IMG/VR virus record: IMGVR_UViG_3300044726_000110
Coordinates: 1 to 52,308 of that record
Length of the DNA: 52,308 nucleotides
From: a virus
Taxonomy: Duplodnaviria > Caudoviricetes
Reading direction: 5' to 3' (one strand)
Below, in pieces: positions 1 through 8,063 of the stretch (positions are counted from its first letter, which is position 1; each line of letters begins with the position of its first letter). Under the pieces are notes generated by a model. The model was not told the origin of the DNA and did not search any database. It was given only the letters and a program-made list of their open reading frames with translations. The position numbers and the translations under genes were made by a program.

Positions 1-43
1 ACGGTGAACGCGAAGATGTAGAAGCCGAGTTCGGCTACCTCTT

Positions 44-313
44 TCATCGCGACAGCAGGAAGTGGAGTTCGTTGGTGTGCAGGATCGCGATGAGTGCTGC
101 TTCCTGGGTTGGGAAGCTGCCGAGTTCACGCGATTGCCCGTCGTCGGTGATCATTGCGCGCCACAGGCCGCTCATTGGTTCGGCCAGCATGTGACCGAAT
201 CCCTGCTCGTGCCATTCGCCGTCCACCGAGGATTTGAGGAATACCTCGAAATCGTTCTTGGTGTCCGGCAGGGGGCGTATGCCTACGCCAATGTACTGTT
301 CGGGTTCAGGCAT
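44..313 (-). CDS. hypothetical protein (89 aa)
   Basis: ORF overlapping the upstream gene by 8 bp in the leftward operon; hairpin follows its stop. Confidence 0.7.
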   Translation of the reverse strand: MPEPEQYIGVGIRPLPDTKNDFEVFLKSSVDGEWHEQGFGHMLAEPMSGLWRAMITDDGQSRELGSFPTQEAALIAILHTNELHFLLSR

Positions 314-629
314 TGCGCATCGCCTTCAGGATCTGCTCGCCTTCGGCTGTGACTGCCACGCCGATGCCGAACAGCGGTGATCCGTGCTCCTGGCGGTAGG
401 ACCAGACGACGTTTCCCGGTGCCCACAATCCTGTGCGCTTGAAAGCGGCGTCTACCCACGGTTGCGGGAGTGCAGTGTCGATGCCCGGCCCATCGAGGCC
501 ACGCATCCGTATTGCTTCACCGTGCGTGAACTGCTCGCCGATTGCAATGCTTGCACTGATATCGGCGGGCGTTGCCGGGAAGTACGGACGCGCGTGCTCA
601 GCCAGTATGTACTGGCGCGAAGTTGTCAT
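306..629 (-). CDS. hypothetical protein (107 aa)
   Basis: GGAGG RBS upstream of ATG; coupled to next gene. Confidence 0.75.
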   Translation of the reverse strand: MTTSRQYILAEHARPYFPATPADISASIAIGEQFTHGEAIRMRGLDGPGIDTALPQPWVDAAFKRTGLWAPGNVVWSYRQEHGSPLFGIGVAVTAEGEQILKAMRNA

Positions 630-730
630 TAATGACCTCCAAGTTTTGGTGCGTTATTTTACATGCTCAAGCATGCAACACGCAACGAAGATCTCTCTTC
701 GCTGCGTGCGGCTAGCGGGTGAGCTATCGC

Positions 731-1033
731 TCAGACATTTTGGTAGAGCGTATCGATGATCAGCCACGTGTCGTCCACGTAGCGGGCGAGGCGGATCACG
801 TCGGGCCGGTAGTGGCGGTAGTAGCCGCCGCAGCAGTCGTGTGCGTGAGTGCAGTGGTACGGCTCGAAGCGCTGTGATTCGTTGGCGAATTGCTTCACCT
901 GATCACGCGTGCCACGGGCTGACCAGATCTCGCGCACCGTGTCGCCGCTGCGGTTACAGACGTTACCGATGCTTTCGAGATCGAGTTGTGCTTCGGTTTT
1001 CATCGGCGGCGCTTGCTGGGCGCGAGCGTCCAC
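731..1033 (-). CDS. hypothetical protein, Cys/His-rich (CTHAHDCCG)
   Basis: ORF in leftward operon; start uncertain. Confidence 0.65.
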   Translation of the reverse strand: MDARAQQAPPMKTEAQLDLESIGNVCNRSGDTVREIWSARGTRDQVKQFANESQRFEPYHCTHAHDCCGGYYRHYRPDVIRLARYVDDTWLIIDTLYQNV

Positions 1034-1320
1034 GTGCGCGGCAGTGCCAGTTGTTGTGCTGGCTGGCGCTTACACGTGCTCATGAATGCACACATGTTGT
1101 GGAGGATGCGAACGTGGCGGGCGATTACTCGCTCGTCGTCGTCAATGTCATCCTCGAACAATACGTGTGCAACACGATTGCGGGCGTCGTCGTTGGTGTC
1201 ACCTGGCTGTGCATCGTACCGCTTCATGACAATGTTCACGGTGCCGTTGTTATACGGCGTGCAAACAATGTCGATGAACGGCTTCGATGAAGGATGCCAT
1301 TGCATGTTGCGCAGTGGCAT
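1000..1320 (-). CDS. hypothetical protein (106 aa)
   Basis: ATG at 1320 overlaps upstream stop (TGATG). Confidence 0.6.
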   Translation of the reverse strand: MPLRNMQWHPSSKPFIDIVCTPYNNGTVNIVMKRYDAQPGDTNDDARNRVAHVLFEDDIDDDERVIARHVRILHNMCAFMSTCKRQPAQQLALPRTWTLAPSKRRR

Positions 1321-1661
1321 CAGATGAACACCGTGGGGTTTTCCCAGTACGCGGCGCGCTCTGCGAGCAGATTCAGAACGTCGCGCTTTGTGTGCGTATC
1401 GTTCCACACCGACGTTTCGACATCGAGGCCGAGCAGTTGCTGCTCGAAGTTGACGTGCCAGCCGCCGGGTAGTCCGCTGACGCTGCCGAACATCTCTTTT
1501 TCGGCCCGCACGATTGCGTAGAGCAGGCATGCGGGAGTGTCCGTTTTCTTTTCGGTGATTCGCGTGCGCCCGTGACCGGGCATACGGAACCATCCCTTTT
1601 CACGGATGATCTCGGCGGCGCGATTGCAGAGTGCAGCGTTCTGGGCTGCGGTCGTGGTCAT
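1320..1661 (-). CDS. DUF6197-like phage protein
   Basis: AGGAG RBS; pattern AAEIIxxxGW...CLLxAI...WND..T..DV resembles DUF6197. Confidence 0.65.
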   Translation of the reverse strand: MTTTAAQNAALCNRAAEIIREKGWFRMPGHGRTRITEKKTDTPACLLYAIVRAEKEMFGSVSGLPGGWHVNFEQQLLGLDVETSVWNDTHTKRDVLNLLAERAAYWENPTVFI

Positions 1662-1746
1662 TGGTTTGTGACTCCTGAGTGATGTTTGCTGCACACGCAG
1701 CGGCAAGCCGATGAGCGTGACTCATCGGCTTTGCGCCGTGGGTGAG

Positions 1747-1962
1747 TTACTGGGCGTTGTGGCGGTCCAGGTGCGCTGCCATTTCGTGCATGAATTCGAT
1801 CGTGCGCTTGATTCGTGCGCGATCAGCGAGTGTGCGGGCGCTTTGCTGGAGCGCTGCGGCGTGAACCTCGACTGCCCACTTCCACGTGGGGTTCATCACC
1901 ACGTAGTGGGATGCGGGTAGTTCGGTGCAGTCGCAATCCGTGCTGTCGTGAGCGTCAAGCAT
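1747..1962 (-). CDS. hypothetical protein (71 aa)
   Basis: AGGA RBS; overlaps upstream ORF. Confidence 0.55.
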   Translation of the reverse strand: MLDAHDSTDCDCTELPASHYVVMNPTWKWAVEVHAAALQQSARTLADRARIKRTIEFMHEMAAHLDRHNAQ

Positions 1963-2140
1963 GGATGAGTGTCCTGCATGCGCAAGCGCATTTGAGTTCG
2001 GGTTCCACGTCGTTGACGCATTCGTGCGGGTCGAGTTGATCTCCCGCCGTACGCATGGTGTGGGCTTGATCCTCGTAACCGAGGATGCCCATGTCATACG
2101 CGGCGGTTACACACTCGTCGCATACTTCTACGTCCGGCAT
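1955..2140 (-). CDS. small Cys-rich hypothetical protein (61 aa)
   Basis: CDEC and CACAC motifs; overlapping operon context. Confidence 0.6.
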   Translation of the reverse strand: MPDVEVCDECVTAAYDMGILGYEDQAHTMRTAGDQLDPHECVNDVEPELKCACACRTLIHA

Positions 2141-2394
2141 TCGTGGGCCTCGATCACTTCAGCCACCGCGCGCCGTAGTTGCTCGCTTGTGGTGGTGAAC
2201 ATGGGGAGCCAGGTCGATGCGCTGCATGCTGCTTCGTGGCGCACTTGGACGTAATGCCGTCGTGTGCGTGATCCCGGTGGGGTATCGAGCGGTTCATGCA
2301 ACGTGATCTGGTACCCGTGGTACTGGTACACGTTCCCGGTTCGCGGCGTTTGCACATTGAGTGTGAACCCGCGCGCGGGGCTGGCCGATTGCAT
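2128..2394 (-). CDS. hypothetical protein (88 aa)
   Basis: GGAGGAG RBS before ATG at 2394. Confidence 0.65.
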   Translation of the reverse strand: MQSASPARGFTLNVQTPRTGNVYQYHGYQITLHEPLDTPPGSRTRRHYVQVRHEAACSASTWLPMFTTTSEQLRRAVAEVIEAHECRT

Positions 2395-2484
2395 TGACGA
2401 TCTCCTCCGTGTGTGGTGTTGGTACACAAGTGTACCGCACGGATGCCTGCCAACACTGATCTGCGTTGGCAGTGAATCCGTGCG

Positions 2485-2664
2485 TTATACCGGTGTCGGT
2501 GTGTTGCGCTCCATGCGTAGGAGCGCCTCGATTGTGAAGCCCAGATCCGCCTGCTCGCAGAGCGAATTGCAGTAGGTGAGCTTGAGGGATGCGTGCGACT
2601 TGTTGTAGTCGTACGCGCCATTGCAACGCTTGCAATGGCGTAGTGGGATGCGGGCATCCTGCAT
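2485..2664 (-). CDS. small Zn-binding protein (59 aa, MQDARIPLRHCKRC...CNSLC), absent from ORF track
   Basis: Translated by hand; AAAGGA RBS; CxxC...CxxxC; fills gap between neighbours. Confidence 0.65.
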   Translation of the reverse strand: MQDARIPLRHCKRCNGAYDYNKSHASLKLTYCNSLCEQADLGFTIEALLRMERNTPTPV

Positions 2665-2666
2665 GG

Positions 2667-2978
2667 TTAGAGTCCTTTCGCTTTTTGTGTGGCGATGAGG
2701 ATTTCGTTGACCTCATCGGATGTGCGGTAGGCGGCTATGCCGTCCGGCCCCGTGGGTACGCCCTCGACTTCGTGAGTGGAGAACTTGGTGCCGATCGTGT
2801 GTCCAGTGGCGACCTCGTAATTGCGGTGGCCGTCGCTGTACAGCAGCCTGCACGATACTACGCTCACGGTGTAGCCGTTGTCGTAGTGAATCCGCGCGGC
2901 TGTGCAGCCACCGAGTGGGTGGCTGCGATGTTCACCGAACTGCGCGAGCGCAATGTCGGTGACACCATAATTATCCAT
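2667..2978 (-). CDS. hypothetical protein (103 aa)
   Basis: AAAGGA RBS; phage-like NGYTVSVV...YEVA segment. Confidence 0.7.
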   Translation of the reverse strand: MDNYGVTDIALAQFGEHRSHPLGGCTAARIHYDNGYTVSVVSCRLLYSDGHRNYEVATGHTIGTKFSTHEVEGVPTGPDGIAAYRTSDEVNEILIATQKAKGL

Positions 2979-3171
2979 GACTGTGGTCCTTTCGCTTTTT
3001 GGCGTACCGCCAGCAAGTGGGGCACAACGCGACTGCAAATGCAATCGTGGTGGCTATCGCGCGGTTACAACAATCGCACAAATAGAGCCTCCTGGGTGTG
3101 GTGGGCGTAGGGCCGGTGAGCAGGTGTGGATCAACCGGACGTGGTTGCGTCTCGGTTGTTGTGTGCTGCAC
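2971..3171 (-). CDS. small Cys-rich hypothetical protein (66 aa)
   Basis: CDCC and CPTC; overlaps next gene. Confidence 0.5.
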   Translation of the reverse strand: MQHTTTETQPRPVDPHLLTGPTPTTPRRLYLCDCCNRAIATTIAFAVALCPTCWRYAKKRKDHSHG

Positions 3172-3295
3172 CGGCCCCGTGCCGATTGCGATTGCGAGTG
3201 CTGCGGTTACAGCGCTGCGTGGTGGCGGTGAGATCTAGCAGTCTCACAGCCACCACGCAGCGGGCGATCTAGGTGATCGCCGCGCCGGGGTGTGG

Positions 3296-3397
3296 CTAGT
3301 AGGCGAGCGCTTGGGAGAGTGCGGCCTGAGCGTAGAGGATGATCGTGGCGACTATCGTCGCCAGTACGAACGCTCCGAATAGTGCGTGCCAGATCAT
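3296..3397 (-). CDS. 33-aa single-TM microprotein (MIWHALFGAFVLATIVATIILYAQ...)
   Basis: Hand translation; ATGA overlap with upstream ORF; AAAGG RBS. Confidence 0.55.
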   Translation of the reverse strand: MIWHALFGAFVLATIVATIILYAQAALSQALAY

Positions 3398-3546
3398 GCG
3401 GCGTGGTTACCTTTGAAACGCCGTACCTGCACGCAGGTTTCCCCGCGTACTTCCCCGCAATATTGCGGGCGCATCAGCGCGGGCAGTTCCCATGTCCACG
3501 ACGCGAATCGTCGTAGCGGGACGGCCTGACAGAACGAACAAAGCAT
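3394..3546 (-). CDS. hypothetical protein (50 aa)
   Basis: GGGAG RBS; CSFC motif. Confidence 0.5.
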   Translation of the reverse strand: MLCSFCQAVPLRRFASWTWELPALMRPQYCGEVRGETCVQVRRFKGNHAA

Positions 3547-3693
3547 AGAGATCTCCCGTGTGGTGTGGCGCGATTGCAGGTGCAAGATTTGCGAGTGCAA
3601 GCACGATCTGCGACTGCAAGCGCGATTGCGATTGCAAGCAGAGATCGTGGGGTGTGGTGTCACACCCTGTGGAGGGGAGATAAAGTTGCATGG

Positions 3694-3727
3694 GGAAATG
3701 GCGCCCCTCCGCTCGGGGCGCCTTTCC
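3694..3727 (-). terminator. GC-rich hairpin after the 3730-4203 gene
   Basis: GGAAAtGGCGCCCC / GGGGCGCCTTTCC inverted repeat. Confidence 0.55.
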
Positions 3728-3729
3728 TG

Positions 3730-4203
3730 CTAGAAACGCGAGCTACGCGTTACCGGTGCGGTGGCTTTGGCCGCCTTTTCTACCAGCGTGATGATCACGC
3801 CCGCCATAACACGCTCGACCGAAATAGCTCCGGTGCGGGCGTCGCGGTACTCGACAACGTTGTCCGAGGAACGGAAATCGACCCGGAATTGACCCGGTGC
3901 GCTTCCAAGTTCCACCGACGCGGCGAGCGCGGCGCGGCTGAAGATGTGCCGCAATTGGTTGCGGTCACCTTCGTAGATCGGCTCAGCGCGTACCGCCGTC
4001 TTGACCGTGGGGTCGTCCGCGAAGATCGGCCATGCGCGAAGGGTGACTTTGCCAGCGGTTTTGGCGCTTGCAAGCACGGTGCGTGCAAATTCGATCTGGC
4101 GGGCGTCCGCGGAGCCAGAGGCTTCGATGAGCGCGAGCAGGTCTACAGCGGGGGCGGTAGGGGCGGCCGCAGCCACCCCCTTATCGAGGGTGGACTCGGC
4201 CAT
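3730..4203 (-). CDS. hypothetical Ala-rich protein (157 aa), first gene of leftward early operon
   Basis: Plausible composition; promoter-like TGtTACAAT upstream near 4310-4318. Confidence 0.7.
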   Translation of the reverse strand: MAESTLDKGVAAAAPTAPAVDLLALIEASGSADARQIEFARTVLASAKTAGKVTLRAWPIFADDPTVKTAVRAEPIYEGDRNQLRHIFSRAALAASVELGSAPGQFRVDFRSSDNVVEYRDARTGAISVERVMAGVIITLVEKAAKATAPVTRSSRF

Positions 4204-4386
4204 GCTAGGGCAAAACCTTTCTGCCGCGTGCGTACGCGGTACGTGGGGCCGCCCCCGCGTGGGGCGGGGGTGGCGGGGGCGGGGGGCCGTGGCCCCTTGG
4301 AACTTCCTCATTGTAACAAAATATTCCTTGATGTACGCTCGTTATGTATCCAAGTCGATCTTCGCGCAAAGCTTAACACTTCGTAG

Positions 4387-4747
4387 TTATGTCAACGTCC
4401 GTAGGTTCACGGGGTGACATAATAGATCGTTGTGTGAGGGGGTGCCGACAGATCCCTTCCATAACGTGTACTAGACTTATGTCAAAATGAACGTATATTC
4501 ACTGGATTATGTCACCCCACGAGTCTGGAGATGACATAAGGTATGTGAGATCCGAGCACACATCGGATCCGAATATGGTGGGGTGTGCGTTCGGATCTGA
4601 GTCTGGGGGTGACATAAGTTTTGACGGATCAATATGGGGCGCACAACGCGTTATGTGGACACCCTCTCACAGAGAGACATAACGTTGGTCGATCATATAG
4701 ACATAAGTATCTTGACATAACGCGCATGGGTCCCACTCGTTATGTCA
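4387..4747. repeat. array of 10 GACATAA/TTATGTC heptamers in both orientations
   Basis: Copies at 4387, 4416, 4477, 4507, 4533, 4611, 4676, 4700, 4714, 4740; non-coding. Confidence 0.9.
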
Positions 4748-5009
4748 AGCGTGGTGTGTAGTTCACCAGGAGAACAATCCGAGTACGATTTTCAAAACCG
4801 AGATAATCGCCCAGGGGCGCATATATATTTTTGCAAAAAATCCAAATTGATCGCCTAGAGCGGGCCGGCCCAAAATGCATGTTCGCGAATCGGTCAGTCC
4901 AGGAGATATAAGGAAGCCCTCATGACTCATTCACCACAAAAATGAATCATGAGGGCCAAAGGAGAGCGCGAGCGTGTCTCGGGGGAGGTCGTTACTCGTC
5001 GCAATACAG

Positions 5010-5039
5010 AGTATAGTTCACGGGGGCACCTATTGTCAA
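5010..5039 (-). promoter_or_regulatory. sigma70-type promoter pointing into the non-coding region
   Basis: TTGACA-18 nt-TATACT on minus strand. Confidence 0.65.
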
Positions 5040-5116
5040 TAGGCTACTCCGTAGTATAGACAGCTTCTATGGAGCCAGGAATGTCTACAACGGCGTCTAC
5101 GGAGTTGTAAACTGTT

Positions 5117-5208
5117 TACAAAACGGCCTTTTAGGTTCAAACCCGAACCCGCCTCGTATACAAAACCCCTTTCTAGGTTCAAACCCGAACGCCCCTCGTA
5201 TACAAAAC
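5117..5208 (+). repeat. 42-bp periodic tandem repeat
   Basis: TAGGTTCAAACCCGAACnnnnCTCGTATACAAAAC at 5132 and 5174; TACAAAAC at 5117, 5159, 5201. Confidence 0.9.
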
Positions 5209-5460
5209 TCTTTACCTTCGGCCAAAAACCCATACACCGACGCATAAATATGCATAGACGCCACCCGCAGTCCCGTCATATAATTGCTCTGCGCAGCAGC
5301 CAAGAAATGATCGAGTAGCTTACGAAGTAAGCAACGAGTAGGATTAAGGAAGCCTCGGGAAGTCACCCGTATCAGGACGCTGATCGGACCACTCATTCCT
5401 AGAGGCCCAGCGGTGGCACTGGCCGGTCGGGGGCACCCGACCGGCCCAACCCGCAAGTTC

Positions 5461-5482
5461 ATCACTGCCTCAATACCGATTC
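5461..5482 (+). repeat. 20-bp motif ATCACTGCCTCAATACCGAT, copy 1
   Basis: Exact 22-bp inverted match to 9238-9259. Confidence 0.95.
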
Positions 5483-5493
5483 TCGATTGCGCG

Positions 5494-5522
5494 TTGCCAA
5501 CACCAAGTGGGCATGCTATTAT
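5494..5522 (+). promoter_or_regulatory. sigma70-type promoter
   Basis: TTGCCA-17 nt-TATTAT with extended TG; GTG start 7 nt downstream. Confidence 0.6.
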
Positions 5523-5528
5523 AGAGGC

Positions 5529-5774
5529 GTGGAAGTTAACGCTAAAGATGCCCTCTGCCCCGGCTGCGATTGTCCCTTCACTGAGCACTATGCGTCAGTT
5601 GCGGGACCGATCCGCTGTACGAGCGTTGGCATGATCATCCTGGGCACCTACACCCGGTGTGATTGCCTCGACTACGTCAGCGCCGCCGTATCGCGGCACC
5701 GGAAGCGGGTCGCGGACTCACTCGAACTTCACAAGCAACGCGTCGATCACATCTTGCGGAGGTTTCGGAACTAA
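5529..5774 (+). CDS. small Cys-rich (Zn-binding) protein
   Basis: CPGCDC...H...C...CDC; TAATG coupling to next gene. Confidence 0.65.
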   Translation: MEVNAKDALCPGCDCPFTEHYASVAGPIRCTSVGMIILGTYTRCDCLDYVSAAVSRHRKRVADSLELHKQRVDHILRRFRN

Positions 5775-6028
5775 TGATTAGCGCACAGGAGCAAGCCGTA
5801 CTTCGCCTGATCGAGCACAACCCCGGCTTCACCAAGCATCAACTTGGGGCCGGAACCCGCCTCATGGTCCCGTATCCCCGCATGGGCCGGATACTTGATC
5901 GTTTTCTTGAGCTTGGCTACGTCCAGGTCGCGCGAAACACGCCAACTGAGAAGCACGGCTACTTCATCACCGACGCCGGCTGCGATTACCTCAATAACGT
6001 TGAGCGCGTCACCGAGATGCGACGGTAG
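5774..6028 (+). CDS. winged-helix (MarR-like) DNA-binding protein
   Basis: VLRLIEHNPG...LDRFLELGYV...YFITDAG wHTH pattern. Confidence 0.75.
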   Translation: MISAQEQAVLRLIEHNPGFTKHQLGAGTRLMVPYPRMGRILDRFLELGYVQVARNTPTEKHGYFITDAGCDYLNNVERVTEMRR

Positions 6029-6030
6029 CC

Positions 6031-6687
6031 ATGCGGACCATCTTCGTACTTGTCATTATAGTGGCTATGCTGCCGCTCGTGGATGTGAGCGCCTATAACC
6101 TACATCCCCACAAATTCCCGTCCGGCTGCATCACGCACTCGGGGGATGCCAACAACGAGGTGGGTGCGGCGCTGACTGAATGGGGCAAGTACGCCAATAT
6201 TCAGGACTGCGGGCCGGGTAATCAGATTACCTACACACTCGTAGATGGGCCAATGTATCCAGGCACCACGGTACGGGCCGAAGCTAACGCCAACGTCGTC
6301 AATAACGTCACCATCTCGTGTGCCATCACTGCCGACCGCGTTACCGGCATCCGATTCGAGACAACGATTCACGAAGTCGGGCACTGTCTTGGCCTGCGCC
6401 ACTCGGATGATCCGTCCGCTAACATGACGCCGAAGTGCTGCAATCCTATTAACAGCGACGACATCGCGGGCATACGCGCCTTGTACCCGTATCCGGTAAC
6501 CTCGACACCAACCTCGACACCGCGCCCGACGATTACGCCGTCGCCTAGCGCCACCCCAACCAATGTGGTACCATTCATCCCAACCTCTACACCAACGTAT
6601 ATACCCACGATGGTGCCAACATCAGTACCGATCGCGCCGCCTACGCGATGGTACCGGCTATTCGTTCCGGCGGTAGCGTATCGGTGA
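6031..6687 (+). CDS. secreted matrixin-like (M10, metzincin) metalloprotease with PT-rich linker
   Basis: Signal peptide; HEVGHCLGLRH zinc motif; Met-turn (ANMTP); Pro/Thr linker; C-terminal YRLFVPAVAYR. Confidence 0.9.
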   Translation: MRTIFVLVIIVAMLPLVDVSAYNLHPHKFPSGCITHSGDANNEVGAALTEWGKYANIQDCGPGNQITYTLVDGPMYPGTTVRAEANANVVNNVTISCAITADRVTGIRFETTIHEVGHCLGLRHSDDPSANMTPKCCNPINSDDIAGIRALYPYPVTSTPTSTPRPTITPSPSATPTNVVPFIPTSTPTYIPTMVPTSVPIAPPTRWYRLFVPAVAYR

Positions 6688-6689
6688 TG

Positions 6690-6847
6690 ACCTTATCGGT
6701 ATTGAGGCAGTGATCCACTGATTAACAAGGCAAACGGTCCAGAACCCCTGTCAGGTATGGAGTACGGAACCGGGCCGCGCAATCAGGAGACAATGCACCG
6801 TTAGCTAGTCACTGCGGTAATGATCACTGCCTCAATACCGATAAGGT
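6690..6847. repeat. perfect 26-bp inverted repeat (motif copies 2 and 3) around a 106-bp spacer
   Basis: ACCTTATCGGTATTGAGGCAGTGATC 6690-6715 and its reverse complement 6822-6847. Confidence 0.95.
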
Positions 6848-6891
6848 AGTTACCGAAGTGCCGCAGGCGCTGGCGATACGTGGATGCCGGG

Positions 6892-6921
6892 TTGACAATA
6901 CGCATATTTATGCTATATAAT
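6892..6921 (+). promoter_or_regulatory. consensus sigma70 promoter
   Basis: TTGACA-18 nt-TATAAT. Confidence 0.8.
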
Positions 6922-6965
6922 GTACTTGGGGCCGGAAACCGGCCATCCAAGGAGTACGCACCACG

Positions 6966-8063
6966 ATGACCCAGGACCAACAATTCTTGCGCTGGCTCCA
7001 CGCCCGCCTACGCGACCAGCACGCCGAGAATCCCAACTACGACTACATGCAGAAGCTCATCGCCATTGCGGAGGCGTTGCCCGAAGGCGTCGATACGCCG
7101 GTCATGTCGCCGGTGCCAAGTGAATCATACTATATGCCGCCAATCAAGCTCAGCGATGGCGAAGTGCTCATCGCGCTGAGCCGCAAGGAGGCCCGTCGCA
7201 TTCACAAGGCGGCAGATACGCTGATGTGGGCCATCGGGATGTCGCCCGCCTTCGTCAAGAAGCCGAAGAAAGCCAAGACCAAGTTCGCGGGGAACCCGGT
7301 CATCTTTGATGAGGCCGTAGATCCCGACGAAATCGTGTTCACCAACGATGAGTACAGCATCAAGGAGACGTACGAGCCAGCCGCCTACCCGTTCGAGTCG
7401 ATTACCACGGAGATCCCGCTATCGGACCGGGTCGCGAAGCTGATGATCGACGCGATGAACAAGCGCGAGGACAAGGTGGCGCGTAAGGCCGAAAAGCGGC
7501 TGAAGAAGAAACTCGCGGATACGCCGAACGTCAACTCATTCGCGGAGCCAATCACTGAGCCGCCACGTCATGATGAGGGCATGCCGCCCACGGCTGCGGA
7601 TCGGGCGTTCAAGCACTTCCAGTCCAATCTCCAGGCCCGCAGCGTCAACGAACTCGGCATCGAGATCCACACGCTGGCGAAGGAGAAGGGCTGGTACGAA
7701 GATGCGGCCCTTGAGCGCCTCATTGACGACCTCGACGCCCTACACAAGGAGAACGGTGGCGTCAGCTTCGTGATTGAAGGACTAATCCGCCAGCACTGGC
7801 CCAAGCGGAACCTCGGTGAGCAGCTTTTCCTCATCGTGACGGAGCTTGCGGAAGCCTTCGAGGAGTATCGGGCCGGTCGCCCGATCAACGAGGTCTACGA
7901 AGATGGTGGGAAGCCGGAAGGCGTCCCGGTCGAAATTGCCGACGCCATCATCAGGATCCTGGACCTGACGGAGTACCACGGCATCAAGATGGGCGAGGTG
8001 ATGCGCCAGAAGATGGACTTCAACGCCACCCGGCCCCACCGCCACGGAGGCAAGTTGGCATGA
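6966..8063 (+). CDS. MazG-like NTP pyrophosphatase domain with long N-terminal extension
   Basis: LIVTELAEAFEEYR...EIADAIIRILD...KMDFNATRPHRHGGK, typical of phage MazG-like proteins. Confidence 0.8.
   Translation: MTQDQQFLRWLHARLRDQHAENPNYDYMQKLIAIAEALPEGVDTPVMSPVPSESYYMPPIKLSDGEVLIALSRKEARRIHKAADTLMWAIGMSPAFVKKPKKAKTKFAGNPVIFDEAVDPDEIVFTNDEYSIKETYEPAAYPFESITTEIPLSDRVAKLMIDAMNKREDKVARKAEKRLKKKLADTPNVNSFAEPITEPPRHDEGMPPTAADRAFKHFQSNLQARSVNELGIEIHTLAKEKGWYEDAALERLIDDLDALHKENGGVSFVIEGLIRQHWPKRNLGEQLFLIVTELAEAFEEYRAGRPINEVYEDGGKPEGVPVEIADAIIRILDLTEYHGIKMGEVMRQKMDFNATRPHRHGGKLA

Noticed and set aside
5132-5208. CRISPR mini-array or tRNA (GGTTCAAACCC resembles a T-arm)
   Set aside because: Only 7 bp between units, so no spacer; no acceptor, D or anticodon arms
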